Assembly: GCA_040285855.1 (NCBI GenBank)
Contig: JAUFOQ010000001.1
Span: 620,001 to 684,000, forward strand
Direction: 5' to 3'
Source: Eukaryota sp. GEM-RC1
Lineage: Eukaryota
Length of the DNA stretch: 64,000 bases
Shown here: in pieces, positions 1 to 13,760 of the stretch
How positions within the stretch are numbered: the stretch's first letter is position 1
Layout of the letters: every line of letters starts with the position of its first letter
Made by a program: the position numbers and the translations under genes
Notes under the pieces: model-generated
The model's database searches: none
Told to the model about the DNA's origin: nothing
Seen by the model: the letters and a program-made list of their open reading frames with translations, nothing else

Positions 1-954
1 TTGATATGTCTTTATCAACCATCACTTGTTTATTTTTTTCTGGTCCGTGGTTTCTATTGTTCATTCGTTTCTTGCACTTCTAGTCTTCATATACGCAGCT
101 TTTCTGACATTAAGGGCGGTCCTCGAACCCTTGTCTTCTTCTAATTCCGTTTCAACTCTTTCTCCTCCAAGGGAGAACAAGTGTTGATCTTAATTACTAC
201 AACTATCTTTTCTGTTTCTTTAAAGATTCCTTTGCTCATCAACATGGACTTGAATCTCGTCTTCTTGACCTTCACCTCTCTCAACCTATCTAGGGAACAT
301 TATGTACGACGACGATCTTGCGAACCGTCCGCTGAGTCTCGGTTGGACAGTAAACTCCTATTTCCTGTATTTTCTCCCGATCATTTTCTGCCTCATTTAT
401 TGCTCTTTTAATGTCTTCTTCCACTTCTCCACCACGATCATCACCTTTATCAGCTTTGATTAACGGCAGGGATTCCTTCCCTCTCTCAATCACTTGTCAT
501 TTGATTTCGTTATGATCTCTACTATGACGTCATTACCTTCTTCATTGACTGAACATACAGTTTCTCTTGCATTGTAGTCATCTCAAATGATTCTACTCAC
601 TTCCTTAGGAAGAAGTGTTTCTAAACAGAACACGTATTCTGAGGCTATTTCTGACGGACTCTAGGTTTAAAAGAAGAAGATCTGTTACAAGACATTAGTT
701 TACTGAAGAGACACGTAGAAGCAGAAATGAAGTTTATTTACTTGTCCAATGTGTAGTTCTTTTTAATGGAAGAAGAAAATTGCCCCCATTGAGGACTTCG
801 AATTTTCAAGTAATTGTTGAATATTAAAATATTTAAAGCGCGATAACCATCATAATTAGTTAATTTACGCCTAATATTTTCAATCCATTTTTGACTAGAA
901 TGAACATATGAGTGATCCACTTGTTCACAAGAATATATTGTGACATATTCTATT

Positions 955-1400
955 TCAACTAGTCTTAATTGTAGTTTTAGCAGAAGCTTGCAACTGTTTT
1001 ACTTCCTTAACGAAACACGTGACCAAAGTCGTTGTAATGGACATGAGCTTCGGAACAAAGAATACGTGTCGAACAGTAAGGTTGTGATTCGATAAAAGTA
1101 AAGTGTTGGTTTGTTCCGGCATACTTAGATTACTTGAAATTCCGTAAAAATTCAAATTCTCAAGTATATCAACTGATATAAGACCTAAAGCAGTAAGGAA
1201 GCCAATTTCAACATCTGAAGCAGCAGGACGGGACAAGGCTTCGGATGCTCGCATGGCGGACCCGTAGCCTTGGACGTCTTTCAAGAACTTACAGGTCTTT
1301 AGACGCAGGTTCCTTTCAAGAGTGGATCTGAAAGTGAGTAATGTGAATTGGGGTTGCTCACAGTAATTACTGTTGGTCTTTGTGCACTATAATGATACAT
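955..1400 (-). mobile_element. Degenerate gag-like retroelement fragment
   Basis: KTCKFLKDVQGYGSAMRASE resembles ETSRFLAELQAYVSRVRVSE at 5264+. The DNA CACAGTAATTACTGTTGG is shared in inverted orientation with ~5190-5207. Confidence 0.3.
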
Positions 1401-2493
1401 ACTATAAGAGGAGAACCTTTATAGGAAAGAACCTCTATGAATGTAAGTGGAGATAAAAACCTAACATGAAATTACACAATTCTACAACTACAACACATAT
1501 ATGCTTTTCCTCTATTAACCACTGTATTGTTAACGATTATTTTTGTTAGCAGTCTAAAGCCCTTTTCTAAACGATGAATTAGTTCTAGGTTTGTCCACAA
1601 CTTATCCAGAATACTGAGTGGAAAGCGTTTTCAGGGAAACTCCTGAATCCTGGAAACAGTACTTTATGGCTGAGTCAATTCTAGATCACAAATAAGGTAT
1701 ACAAAACTGTCTGAAGACGAAATGCTAAGCACAAAACCCAGATTAAAAGCCCACAAACGCTAAATGCACTTAAAGGATGCTCAAACATGAGTAGGTTCTA
1801 CTCTAGAGAAGGTGTATATTTCGAGATACAGTAACTGAACAATATTTTCAGCCAGGCAGATGTTGTGGTTTACGTAGTTCATTAGAATGTAGAATTGAGA
1901 TTAAGGTTTCCGCTATCCTAATTCTCGTATGCGGGTGACTGAAATGGTGGAGATCTAAGATAAACTTCTGAACAGTTCACATTTAACAAAGTTGCTTCCT
2001 TTTGAGTATTATAATCAACGTCCTTCACTTTTGTGACTTTTCTTATGTTGCTATCAGATTTTGTGACTCCAATAATATCTAAATATAGGAAGACAAGCGG
2101 GTTCGTGAAATAACAAGACTTTGACTACTCTTCAGCTTGGATCATTTTAACTTCGTGCTTTCTTTTCTGTGGATAATTAGAATTGATAAAACAAAGTTGC
2201 TTTTTGAATGCATATGGTTGTTCTGGTGGACCGACTTGGATCTTTCTAATACTGTTTATCCTTTTCAACTGAAGCAATGAATTCTTCCAGTTGTTTAAGT
2301 CCCTTGCAACCTCAGATGTTTTTTAGTACTCTACAGCAAGCAATGCAAACATGTTTTGTGGTGTTTTTGTACCAAACACAAGAACGTGAATGGTTTTGTA
2401 CCTGCAGTTAAATGAAAGAACATGATAATTTCGTTTACCAAGAATAACAGAATCTTTCGTAAGTGGAGAATTGTATCTGCCGTTTGAGGTATT

Positions 2494-2709
2494 TTAGGAG
2501 AGCTTCATAAGAAGCTTCAAGGTCAAGTTCGGAGAGATGGAGCGACATGAGCAATTGCAGTTCCAGGTTAAGCCTCTGGATTGCCTGATGTTTCTTGGCT
2601 GTGATCGACTTATTGACATCAACTGCCTCAAGGAAAGTTTGAAATCGTTCCTTGTGAAGGTTGCAAGCTTTGGTGGGACAAAGTGGGTGAGGTTATGGAA
2701 CTTTCTCAA
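2494..2709 (-). mobile_element. gag-like N-terminal fragment
   Basis: RKFHNLTHFVPPKLATFTRND is nearly identical to the ORF at 21487, which abuts an integrase-chromodomain remnant. Confidence 0.35.
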
Positions 2710-3268
2710 GTCAGTATTTGTTCACACTTGTATGGTAAATGTGCAAGATCTTATAGCTCGCTTCAACAGATTATTTTTTGATTCGTGTTCTAATTTATAT
2801 ATTGTTCAAATTAACCAATAAATCTTACTAATATATGAATGGAAGATTGTTTTAAATTTACCGCGGATCAGACATTCAATCTACACTTTCGTCCTTGCGC
2901 GTTGCTTGCAGAGACATATGAGAAATTTCTTTTTTTTAATTGCTCGGAAGGTCCAGGAGAATGCATCGCCATGCTGTCTACGTTCTTGAAGATGTGCCAT
3001 AAACAAAGAAAGTGGACAACTCATCAGTTCAGTTTAATTCAGTTACTATCTAAGAACGAAGGTTTTAATATGGGTTGCAATTCAGCAAGAAAATAGAATA
3101 TGTGTACATAATGTGGTGAATTTTCCCAACTGTAGCCTTGATTTACTATCTCAACACTACTTGTACTCAATACAGTATAAAACAAGCACTTTATTACAAT
3201 ATAAACAATTATACAAAACACTTAGACACTGTTGTTCACGTCATCACAGGATTCCAATGGTTTTTAAT

Positions 3269-3768
3269 CATACCTGGGCATGACAACAAATTGAATTTTG
3301 TCATGACGTCATGACACTCCATGACATGACAGTATGACAAGCAACCACTATTTCCAATATTTATTGATAGTTATTCAACAATAGTCTACATGTATGAATA
3401 ATCTTTTAATTCTTCATTTCCACAATTTTTCAGTTCTTATACCGCTAAGGTCCCCACTGAATAATCTTTTGCACCAGCACGAGTTTGTGGCTCATTTGTT
3501 GTGATATAATTACATCATCATCATTTTATATGTCATTTAAACTAAACATTTTGCATATAAACTAGGAATGTCAGATAATGTCAGAATGGAACTGTATTAA
3601 GGAAGAGAGGATGTTTGGACAATGTCGGGCGACAAAGGATTCATTTGTTTCAGGTGTATTCGCAGCAATTAATTATCATTAAATGATATGTCATAATACT
3701 TCACCAAAAAACACAATGGCGTCATGACACAATTTTGTCATGACGTCATGATGTCATGCCCAGGTATG
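3269..3768. mobile_element. Non-autonomous hAT-type element (500 bp)
   Basis: Perfect 17-bp TIR CATACCTGGGCATGACA, subterminal GTCATGAC repeats, flanks TTTTTAAT/GTTCTAAT. Paralogous empty sites at ~19500-19530 and ~44945-44975 carry a single GTTCTAAT. Confidence 0.85.
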
Positions 3769-4689
3769 GTTCTAATTGAAAAGGTACATGCACGAAAAAT
3801 GGACCACTATAGTTTCTTCCAATTGACTCCAATTCACAAACACGATCGTGTTTGAAATTCTATTCAACATCATGAGATTGTAAATTCTTTTTTTGAATAA
3901 CATCCCAAAGTGACGTTGCTGAAGTGTTTTGGGTCCACCAAACAATCATCTCCAAATTTTCAAGAAACTCTTCCAAACGGATGTGCAATCGCTACCTTCT
4001 CCTGAAATCTTTACGGATGATGATGGAGGTTTTATCTAAAACGTCATTACTGACCGTCAACTGTTGTTTTTACGGGAAATATAGTCTCTGATTGCTGAAC
4101 ACTTGCAAAAGATGTCTTTGTGCCATCAATACATCACTACTTACACCGTTCACCGTAACTAACGTCACTTCACAATTAACGTCACTGACGTAAATCACTG
4201 CATGTCCCGATTTTTGGCTTGGATGACGTTAATTGTGAACAGTTTCTTGAGCGACTATAAATAAAATATTAATATGTATTTCATGTTTTTGATGTAACAA
4301 CAAGAACAGAAGGTAACCAGAAATTTTCTTTTAATCTTTTCTATGTCAATACACTCGTCTTCCGAAATTGTGGCTTCTCTTGCAAGGGCTCGATCCCTTC
4401 CAAATCAATCTCCTGCTGCTGAACTAGAACACATCAACATTCATGCCTCTTCAGAGTCAGAAATTGAGCTTGAACTAAACGAAGTTAATCCGGAGATTAG
4501 TGAGGTCGAAGTTAAGAGCCGTTCCACTGCACGTCACGTTTAGACTAAGTCTAAGAGACGTGAGGTCATGCAATGGATGGATGATGAGTATCAGAAGAAG
4601 ATGATACTCCATTCCGAGAAATCTGGACATCACTTTGGGAAAAGGAAAAGATGCAGTTGATGGCTAACGAACTGGCAGGCCAATGCACG

Positions 4690-4900
4690 GAAGACGATTG
4701 ATAGGTGGACATCAAATACAATCACGCATTTTATTAGGGTAACAGTTCAGTGTATTGAAGACTGAAAATTAAACACCTACGTCCTTGATTTTAAGCACTT
4801 AAAAGAAACCACTCTGCCATCAACATTTGCCGATGGCAAGGAAGAAATTGATACTGAATTTGGTACGAAACAAAAGACGTTGTATTAAACTACTGATAAT
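4690..4900 (+). mobile_element. hAT transposase catalytic-core remnant
   Basis: Manual translation TIDRWTSNTITHFIRVTVQCIED*KLNTYVLDFKHL...EFGTKQKTLY*TTDN matches the hAT DxWTS and TTDN motifs, with stops. Confidence 0.7.
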
Positions 4901-4934
4901 AAATACAGAATTAGAGCTTAGAAAGGAAGATACG

Positions 4935-5600
4935 GGAAGTAAGAACCGTTCTGAAGAAATTTCTTCTCATCTCGAAAGACTATTTTAAGTGGTCGCAACT
5001 CTTACCTCTTATCCCATTGGCATTAAACTCGTCCATCTGTAGCTCTGTACCTAACTTGAGACTGTAACGGATCTGGAATAGTATTCCTCATCATTTGTTT
5101 GAATGGTATTGAGGATTTAACAAAATTCAGAGGTAATCGGTTTATACAACACCTCAAGCCTCTTAGGTATGTACCTAACGTACAGAACCCAACAGTAATT
5201 ACTGTGGCCCAAGAAAGCCACCTCAATTCATCTAAACAACTCCTCGCAGGACAACCCATTTAATTGAATGGAACTGGCTGCCTAGAAACCAGTAGATTCC
5301 TTGCGGAACTACAGGCTTATGTTTCCCGAGTTCGAGTCTCCGAACGCCGCCGCCAAGCTGAGTACGCTGAAGAGTTTCACGAAATTGCTGAATCCGAATA
5401 TCCTGAACCCTCCCTTAGCCCTCGTCTTTTATCCGCCTTGCCTTCACTGTGTCCCAGTAATCATCTCTAACGCCGACGTTAGAGATGATGACGAACTCCT
5501 GGCTTGGATCTTCACGAACTCACTCATCCATGACGAAGCCCTCGCAGAAAACTCTCCAGCATATCCATGATCTCAAGTATCAAAGATCCCACGTTAAAGC
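4935..5600 (+). mobile_element. Ty3/gypsy integrase C-terminal fragment followed by a gag-like fragment
   Basis: EVRTVLKKFLL...KWSQLLPLIPLALNSS fits the WxxxLPxxxxAxN motif after the integrase catalytic E. A gag-like FLAELQAY segment follows. Confidence 0.5.
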
Positions 5601-5799
5601 TAGCCGACTACATTCTCCACATAATTTTTTCTGTAAAACAGGACGATTTGAATACTTTAACGTCCTTTTTACAACAATCAAACATCAGGTCATGGTAGAA
5701 GTAATATTTCTTAGTCTAACTGCTAAGTAGACTTGGACTGCCCACAAAGCTGGAGGATGATAATGTATCTTGAAAGAAAATCCAATTCATGAGTTGAAA

Positions 5800-7200
5800 A
5801 GGAACAACCATCGAAAAAAATGAGAGTGATCAAACAGTTTTCAGAGTTTGAAGTCAGGCACTCACAATTCACTTTATATTGGACAAAGTACATCTTTCAG
5901 AAATTGAGAATGCTACAAACAAACAATTGTTCAAATTTAATAACAAAAATTACTTTCATTATTGTGGTTAAAACAGAAGTATAACTTGCAATTATAGACA
6001 CACCATTACAATTAAAGAGAAGTTGACTAAACTTACCATCTATGAACAGCGAGAAGACCAGATAACTTTCAAACAAGTTCAAAAGAGAAACCGTTAAGGA
6101 GACCAATTAGGTCGAATGTAGGATATCAGATAGAAGTTAACAAATCGAAGATCATACGAGACGGATCCATCACGTCATCATTCATCACGTGATAAGGCCA
6201 AGGAGAGAAATCAAGGAAGGTGAGTTTCAAGGCTAAGTAAAAACACCCACATTGAGAAGAACATCCATTAACCATAAAAGGAAAGGTTGGCACGATTGTG
6301 AGGGGCAGAGACAAAGTAAAGAGTGAGTGATACTTCAAGTGAGAACACAGAGAGAACAAGAAGAGGATGATGTAGATCAACTGGGGCTACGAAAAGACGT
6401 CACTTACCAAAGGGATTGGATCAAGAGTAGACGTCTGTGATGAAAGAGATCTCCACAAATGTACCAACATCAACGTTTCCTGCTCTCTGATCGTCGAATC
6501 ATGTTTATTCCCTGAGTCTCTGTTGTTCTTGAATCTGTATCTCATCTCCTCATCGCCCCCTCTTGTTCATATCACTCCGTTACCATTGTTTGGTCCACGT
6601 ATTGTTTCGATCCTTCCCTCTCCGTACTTCTCGTCTACCCAGTTGTTTCTTGCAATAGTACGTGATCCGCAAACCCTTGTCTTTTTGTTCTTTCTTGTAC
6701 TTCCATTACCACTTGTTCTCCCTCAAGGTTCGCTCCTAGTTGAGTTACATCAACAACATCTTCTGAATATCACTTCTTCTTCCACTTACTCCGACTTATC
6801 TTCATCTTTCTCGTCAACGACACTTGAAACTCGTCTTGACCTTGATCTTCCTCAACCTAACTCGTCACTATGTTCGTTGTTGTTCCTTGTTTGTAGATCT
6901 ATCAATATTTAAACATGTCTTCTATCTGATCACCTTAGCTTGTAGATCTGTACTCATGAGCTCTATACACGTGATGGGAGAAACTTGATCACGTCATTTC
7001 TTGTTGTTTTTTGAATGAGGAATGCCACGTGGGTGACGTCGTCATGTACATTTTTGAAATGTTGTTGTTATTCTTCGATACTTTTTCAATAACTCTGTTT
7101 ACAATCAATTTGTTAGTGGTTTCTATTGTTTTTTTACATTTAATTGGGTTCTACCGTTGTTTCTACCAACGAAATCAATTCTTTTTGTGAGTAGATTTTA
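5800..7200. repeat. Dispersed ~2-kb repeat, copy 1 (degenerate divergent gene pair, possibly LRR-type family)
   Basis: Reverse-complement similarity to 46330-48400 and 21680-23009; direct similarity to 33500-34250 and weakly to 1-330. Purine/pyrimidine skew flips at ~6450. Confidence 0.75.
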
Positions 7201-7865
7201 TCCAACTCTTGTAAGATGATTTCTTTCAGTAAAAGTATTGGGTATCAATTCTAGGTGATAAACTCTTGGTGAAAGTAAGGTTTTTATAAGTCGAAAGTTA
7301 GCTATAGGAGTAGTTGTTTATTCGTTAGTATCGGAATTGTTTCAATGAGCAACCATTGTTGGTCATCAGTTCTAAAAGACTGATTCAATGGAGCGACCCC
7401 ACAGAAATTCTCTCATGGTCTTCTTTTTGATTGGAAAACTGTTGATGTAGCGTTAATTGCGGACGTGAGGAATACTCACTTCATTCAAGGAAATCCGTTT
7501 AAGATGTAGTACTTTAAGCAGTTTCAGTATTTAATTTCTCTTGGTGGAGGAAGTAATTTCCATCACTTTTGATATGTTTTAAGACTTTTGACCAATTTTT
7601 CTCATCGTAAGGTACAATATATATTTTGAACTTCTGGATTTTCAAACACATTTGATGTGAGATGCTCAATCGAGTTCCAATGTGATTTGATTCGGCATTA
7701 GACTGGGGTCCATGATTGCCCTCACCTTCTCCATCAGAAGGTAGATCAGTCTTGAATTGGAATCCACAATCAGAACTGATGGCAACTTTCCAAATTCTCA
7801 ACTCTTTGAACTCTTTGAAAAAGAGAACACCACTGCTTTTAAAGTGTCCCCTTCTTGAAACTTAG

Positions 7866-9707
7866 ACCCCAACGGCTCCTTTTGCTAGGTATCCTCGTCT
7901 CAGCTTGATCTCCACTGGTAGCCACCCTTCGTCAGATAGGAGATACATATCAGGACCAACAAAATTTCCACCGCAAAAGGCAATCGTTCTGGATACAGTG
8001 GGAGCCTGAGAATGAAGATCACGTGAAATCTTTTCAACTGAACATTAGGTGCATGACCTGTGACTGCATTGAGCTCTCATCAACAATTGAAGATTCTTCC
8101 TGATATTAAAAAGCTCAAGAGCAGTCATTTTGTCACTTGAAACCCGAACAATTACCATGGATAGAGCAACAAAAGTTCAAGAAATCCGCTAGAACTCTGT
8201 CTGTCACAATGGGAAACGGTTTTGTAATGAGAGAAGTTGTTCAGGCAGGGCCGTAGTCTTTTGGATTTTAGATGGCTGTAGAATCACTATTTCTCAAGAT
8301 CTGATTGAGGGCCTTAGAAAAACTGGAACTTTTTACTATTTCTAAGAGCTTGATGGAAAGACTGAATTTTTTACGAATCTGTTTGTATTTTTGGACTCGA
8401 AGTCAAGTTCTTAGTCAAAATTTTGAATAAACGCCCTTATTCTTTTTTATTGATTTAACTATAAACTTCCATCAATACAAATCAGTTTTTTACACCAGAA
8501 CCACCAATTGGTGGTTGATAGGGCCATAAAACACCTGAAAAACACACCCTCTTCGGTTGATGTTTCCAATGAACATATGGAGTCAGGGTTGGCTTGGCAA
8601 AGGAGTCGGAAGTACTTTGGTAAGAAAGAAAAAGAAAGGTCTACGTCTCCAAACAGTTGAAATTGAGCATCTGCAACACTTCTGAAGGTCTGCATGTAGG
8701 AGATGTGTTCAATTGTTTAGATACAGTAACAGCTGTTCTTTCAAAGAACTTAAGTGGTTGACAGTACTTGCACTTTCAGTTGTCAGAATAGATTACTTTG
8801 GGATGTAAGTGGTTAGAGACTGGTGCAAGAGTTTTGAGTTTGAGCAAGTATGTTCAAGATTAACAGAGTGAATCATGAAGGGGCATCCAACATTCAGGGC
8901 ATATGCAGTTAGTGTCCAGGTACATACGTCGTCTTGACAACAGATCTCGATGGTCTAGCATAGTCCTTTGGAATTTGCTTGGCAATACTGTAGGTAACTA
9001 AACTGTTGACACAGTCTTTAAATAAAGTCTTCTTCACACTGTGATGAGCAACTCCTGTAGAAGCCAATAGCAAGGTTCACTTCTTTCCAATAATACCAGT
9101 AATAGACTTGGTAGGAATGCTGTTTTTGAGCAATCTTTGACCTTTAGGAATGGGTGTCTTAGAAGTAGGAGATACTAAAGCATCAATAGTGCTAACTTCA
9201 ACACGCACAGCTTCTTTTTTCATCTTCTTACGTTCTTCTATTCTTGCGTCTGATGCTTGGATTGCCACAAGCTCTTCAGTGTTCTTTAAGGACTGACACA
9301 ATGATATATGTTCTTTTTTCCAGCGGGTACAGTGAGTAATGTCCACGAACTTGCCACACGCTGCACTACCAAATCCCCCCTTTTGAGTAAAAGTGTCAAA
9401 GTCCTTCACTTTTGTGACTTTCCAAATGGGGTTATCAAATTTAGTTGCTCTCCAATCGTATACTAAAGGAAGTTCGACAGAAAGACCTGTGGATGTAAGC
9501 AAGATATGTTCTTCCATGGTGTAGATGGGGGAATATTGTACCAATTTGTAAGTCATTTATTGCTTCCTATGTTGAATATACATACATACTGTAATATTAA
9601 TAGTATACTTCTTTTTTAATAGTTGAACCCAACCCTCGTCCTTAACAATGATTATGATAGCAATAAACACAAGGTAATGTGAAATCTTAATAATTGAATA
9701 TCACAAC
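7866..9707 (-). mobile_element. Duplicated chimeric transposase remnant, copy A: BED-finger ORF (9077-9556) plus MuDR/MULE core (8459-8960)
   Basis: PIWK...CGKFV...TRWKKEHISLC is BED-like. CTWTLTA...FMIHSVNLEHTC and FGDVDLSFSFLPKY...NPDS...FFRCFMA...CKKLICIDG are MuDR-like. Direct repeat of 16416-18236. Confidence 0.75.
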
Positions 9708-10399
9708 GTCTTTCTCTTTCAAATCTAGAAGCAACTGACAATTTTTATCTAATATCATCAATTAGATTGAGGTATAGTCTAGATCAATACTGTCTTATTC
9801 ACTTTCAATTACGGTACGCAAACAAGCACTTTGCCAAATTGAAAAGGATGTTACACATGTTTGACACATGCAAGAATCAACAAGTCAAATTTCATTATTA
9901 GCGTCAGATTATTTTTGGTTGGGCTGATAGAATTCTAGACAATTCCACCCTCTCATCAAGTTCCCGTAAATGATTTTTTTTAAAATTATTATGAACAGTC
10001 AAAATACATTTTATCATCTGAGGAAGAATACCATTATATTAAGGAGAATGAAGACTTTAAAAGATACTATCCAATTTTCAGTGTTATTTATAGATCGTTG
10101 TGAAAGTTTGTGCAACGTAAATTGTACTTTATAGATATAGTTGTATTTTTTGTTGAATGTTTGTAACGACTGATAATGCAGGATGCCGAAAAATATATTG
10201 CAATCTACATTAAACGTTTTCAATATTACAGAAAATATATTGGATATTGTTGCTCATTACAATAAGTATACTGCACTATATTGCAATATTTGCTACACTC
10301 TACAGAGATAATAAATTGACGTACTGCAGGTAGCAATGTTCCTGTGAGTGCATTGAGTGTGATCTTATATCATTAATTAAGCAGGAAGAATTATTGTGG

Positions 10400-11400
10400 G
10401 GTGAAACAAATTTTACAGCAAAGTCGGTCCCTTTATGAAGATAAAACTGGGAATTCTTTTCACTTAACCTACCAAAAACAGAAATAGCAACTGGAACAAA
10501 TAAAAATTTTCATGAAGTTCAGCAACATCTTTAAAATACAAATCAATTTGACGTTTTTCAGCCGTTTCTAGGTGATTGAAACCTGTTGAATTTAAGCCAT
10601 TAACATAAGTTTGAGCACATGGTTTCGTCTGTTGTAAGATCAAGGATAATTTTACTAGAGTATTATCAATTAAATCAAGACCCATCTTACTAAACAAGGG
10701 TTCAACTTTGGCATGAAATTCATGACCTTTGAACATTTGAAATGTCCCATCTCTGGCAGAATTATGAAGAAGAACAAAACAAAACTGAAGACAAGTTGGG
10801 GTAATTAATTACATCTCTAAAAGTTGCAATACGACGATGACTACAAAAACATTTAGAATTGCCGAGCAATTCAGCAGCAAACAAACCTAAGCATAAACGC
10901 ATATCAAATGTCCAAGTCTCATCAGAGAAATGCACAACAAAAAACCCAGTTTTTGAGTGATCAAACAAAAAATTATATCAAACAACAGTAAGAAAGCCGT
11001 AAGAACCGGATTGTGTATTTTTGTAACACTAAAACGATTTTCGAAATGTAAGTTTACAAATACTTGTAAAAGCTTTCTTTCAAGTTTAACCACATACAAC
11101 TGGAGACAACCAATAGAGACATTTAAGGAAAACTTTGTAAGTGAGAAGAACAACAGGTCTTCCAAATATAGACTGTAAATATCTGAGACTTACAAACGTA
11201 GTCAAGCAGTAGGATGAACAAGATTTTCGTTGAACATCAAATTGTATTTGGATATAACTTGACTTCACTGCACTCTCTGTTGGAAACTTAGCTTGTCGCA
11301 ACTCAGATGAATTATCAAGAATCATCAGTGGTTCAGTGGCACAGATTTGATGTAAAATGAGCAATTAAGATAAATATAGTCGTACTTTTTTTGGTTTGGG
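10400..11400 (-). mobile_element. CRE-clade non-LTR retrotransposon 3' remnant (restriction-like endonuclease)
   Basis: Frameshifted homologue of 51352-52425 (SVTKIHNP, MRLCLGLF, CFC, KVEPL, HLETAEKRQ). Confidence 0.75.
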
Positions 11401-11673
11401 AGATCTGAAAAACTTGTATGAGTAGCTCAGTTCTTAAGGGTTTGATCTTCTTGCTAATTAGTCATGCTGATGACTTAAAGTTCCAACCATAATTTCCTTC
11501 ATATACATTTAGTTCTGAGCTATTAACAAATTCAATTTGTTCATCACATACGTGCTGGTGTCAACTTCCAGTAGTTGATGTCTTCTACTCGAATTAGCGT
11601 CAGAATTCATAAATTAATTTGAATCAATGTTTTAATAGACAACCCATCGACCAACACAATACTATCAACTTTA

Positions 11674-13211
11674 TTAAACGATTTCCAGAACATGATCACT
11701 ACAAAGTAACAAAGCATATGGAAAGTAATTACCACTACATAATCTGGGAAGAATTCCAGTAAGACTAATTGATGCATTACTCACGGATTTGATTGTTAAA
11801 GTGTGGTGAATTAGATTTGTAGTGATTTCAAGTAATTCACCAGGATTCCACTTAGTCCTGTTTCCTGAGAGACAACCACGAATGATGCCACCACTATTTG
11901 AACGACAGTGAGCATGCATTTCACAATCCCTAAAATGAAACTTTGACTCGTCAATGACTCCAACATAAAGACCACCTGTATACCCCTGGTACCTCAACTT
12001 CCAAGTATATACATTACCTGGAAGAAGTGGATCTTCTCCCAAAATATTTCTATACACATTACCATCACTTCCAACAACAACAACTCTCTTTCTATCCTCA
12101 CTAACTTGTAACTGAGAATGTTTCCTAGTTTGAGAGAATCTAATGACTTTTGATTGAAGAACAGATTGAGATATTAGTTGAGTTTCAGTGGTTGTCTTAA
12201 TTAGTTGTTCGATTTCTTGTTGTAATTTCATAATTTCAGTAAGAGAGTTGGAATTTGTGGCATTTAAATTCTGAATTCGCACGGGCGGAGCAGAACTTTC
12301 TATCTTCAAAACTTGAACATCTGTTGCTAAATCAGTAGTAATTGAGTTCATCTCAGAATTGTGACTTTCTACATCAGCAATTTGGTTGTTGAATTCAGAT
12401 ACTTTGGTGATGAAGTTAAAAGTTTCTTTCTTCAAATCAGAATTTTCCTTCACCAAAGAGTCAAAATAAAGATTCTTAACTCTTGTAAACAAAAACTTCA
12501 TCAAATCGGCTTCCAATTCTTCAACATCTTTTAAAGTAACAAACAGAAACTCATCCCATTGTTGAAAAAAAAAGGCTTCAATTGAACATGAATTTAAAAT
12601 ATGTAAAAACTCATTCAAATTGATCCTTTGACTTATAATTGATTCCACCATTGATTTGATGAACCACGACTGTGATTGAGTGGAAGTACAGTAATTTACA
12701 AGCGTTTTAAACCCTTCAGTTGTGATTGCCATCACGTCATCAATTAACAGGTCGTCAATCTTGGAAAGAAAGGACCAACGAATTCCAGAGCTCTCAAGTC
12801 ATTTCTTTCATCGGCTTCTTTAATGAACGGTTTTAACCAAGCCCATGTTACAAGATGAGTGTGTAGGTGGTTTTCCACGTGGTGAATGAGTTTATCCACT
12901 TGGAAGTAGTGGACGAGGTAAAAGAAGTCGTAGGCGTTGTCCTCGTTGAGGGTGAATGACTTTCCAAAGAAGGACTTGAGGAAAGCGAAGAAGTTGTCAG
13001 AATCGACGGGAAGATGGGAGAAGTCGATGGGGTTCTCGAGTTTATCCCCAAACTCCAAAAACCAGAGGGATCGGAAGTACGTTGAGTGCGCAGCAAGGAC
13101 AGATTTGTTCACCTCGATGGATTCCCCACCGAATGAAATGGTTTGGTTACACAAAGAGGGTTCATCGAGAATGATGGAAAGAGTTTCTGCTGGGGGAAGA
13201 GAGAATGACAT
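11674..13211 (-). CDS. BTB/POZ - coiled coil - SPRY/B30.2-like protein with one frameshift at ~12765
   Basis: BTB motif NKSVLAAHSTYFRSL...HYFQVDKL and SPRY-like LGEDPLLPGNVYTWKL...VGV...FPY. The paralogue at 63751 shows one base missing here in TTCTTT-CC; restoring it joins the two ORFs. ATG (MSFSLPP) at 13211. Confidence 0.85.
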
Positions 13212-13385
13212 TAGAAGCAATAGAGAAGGAGATAAGTAACTGAGACCAAAACGGGAGACCAATGTTCTTGTGGCCTTTTAACAAAACTACACGTACATGT
13301 ATGAACCTCCACTGAAGAGTGGTCGTTCATTTGATGGTAATGTAACACTTCTACTGTAGTATCTCCTCCCCGCAACCTAACTCGG

Positions 13386-13760
13386 ATGCACTGTCTGCTT
13401 CGTTCTCATTGCTTACTTCTTCCTCCAAGTACTTACGTTTTCAGCAGTCTTTATTGATCTTGATCAGTCTTGTTTGTTTGAAGTCATTTCTCAAAACTTC
13501 AATAATGGAGACATTCGTCATCCTTTCCGTCGTTTGAAACAAGAATTTCCCTCATCATTGAAACCGTTGGCTATGTAAAGCCACCCTTGCGTCTTTGAAT
13601 CAGCTCATCAATCAGTCAACGTGTTTCTTCAATCAAACACGTTTCATGTGGTTAATAAGACCTTCCTCAACTACATTCATTTGCTCATCTCTTTGGAGCA
13701 GAGGTACGGTCTGTTTTCTTGCACTTGATTGGGAAATTTAGAGTCGAAGCAGTTCTTTGT
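13386..13760 (+). pseudogene. Decayed gene head divergent from the BTB-SPRY gene
   Basis: FESAHQSVNVFLQSNTF...DLPQLHSFAHLFGAEVRSVFLHLIGKF is conserved with ORF 32764-32946(-). Contains stops and frameshifts. Confidence 0.55.

Noticed and set aside
6523..6912. Membrane protein (also 22627-23016 and 47354-47596)
   Set aside because: The hydrophobicity follows from C/T-rich DNA, and the copies break in different places, so no intact product is supported.
12848..13239. Overlapping ORFs 12848-13096, 12937-13239 and 63297-63533
   Set aside because: They are alternative or antisense frames of the BTB coding sequence.
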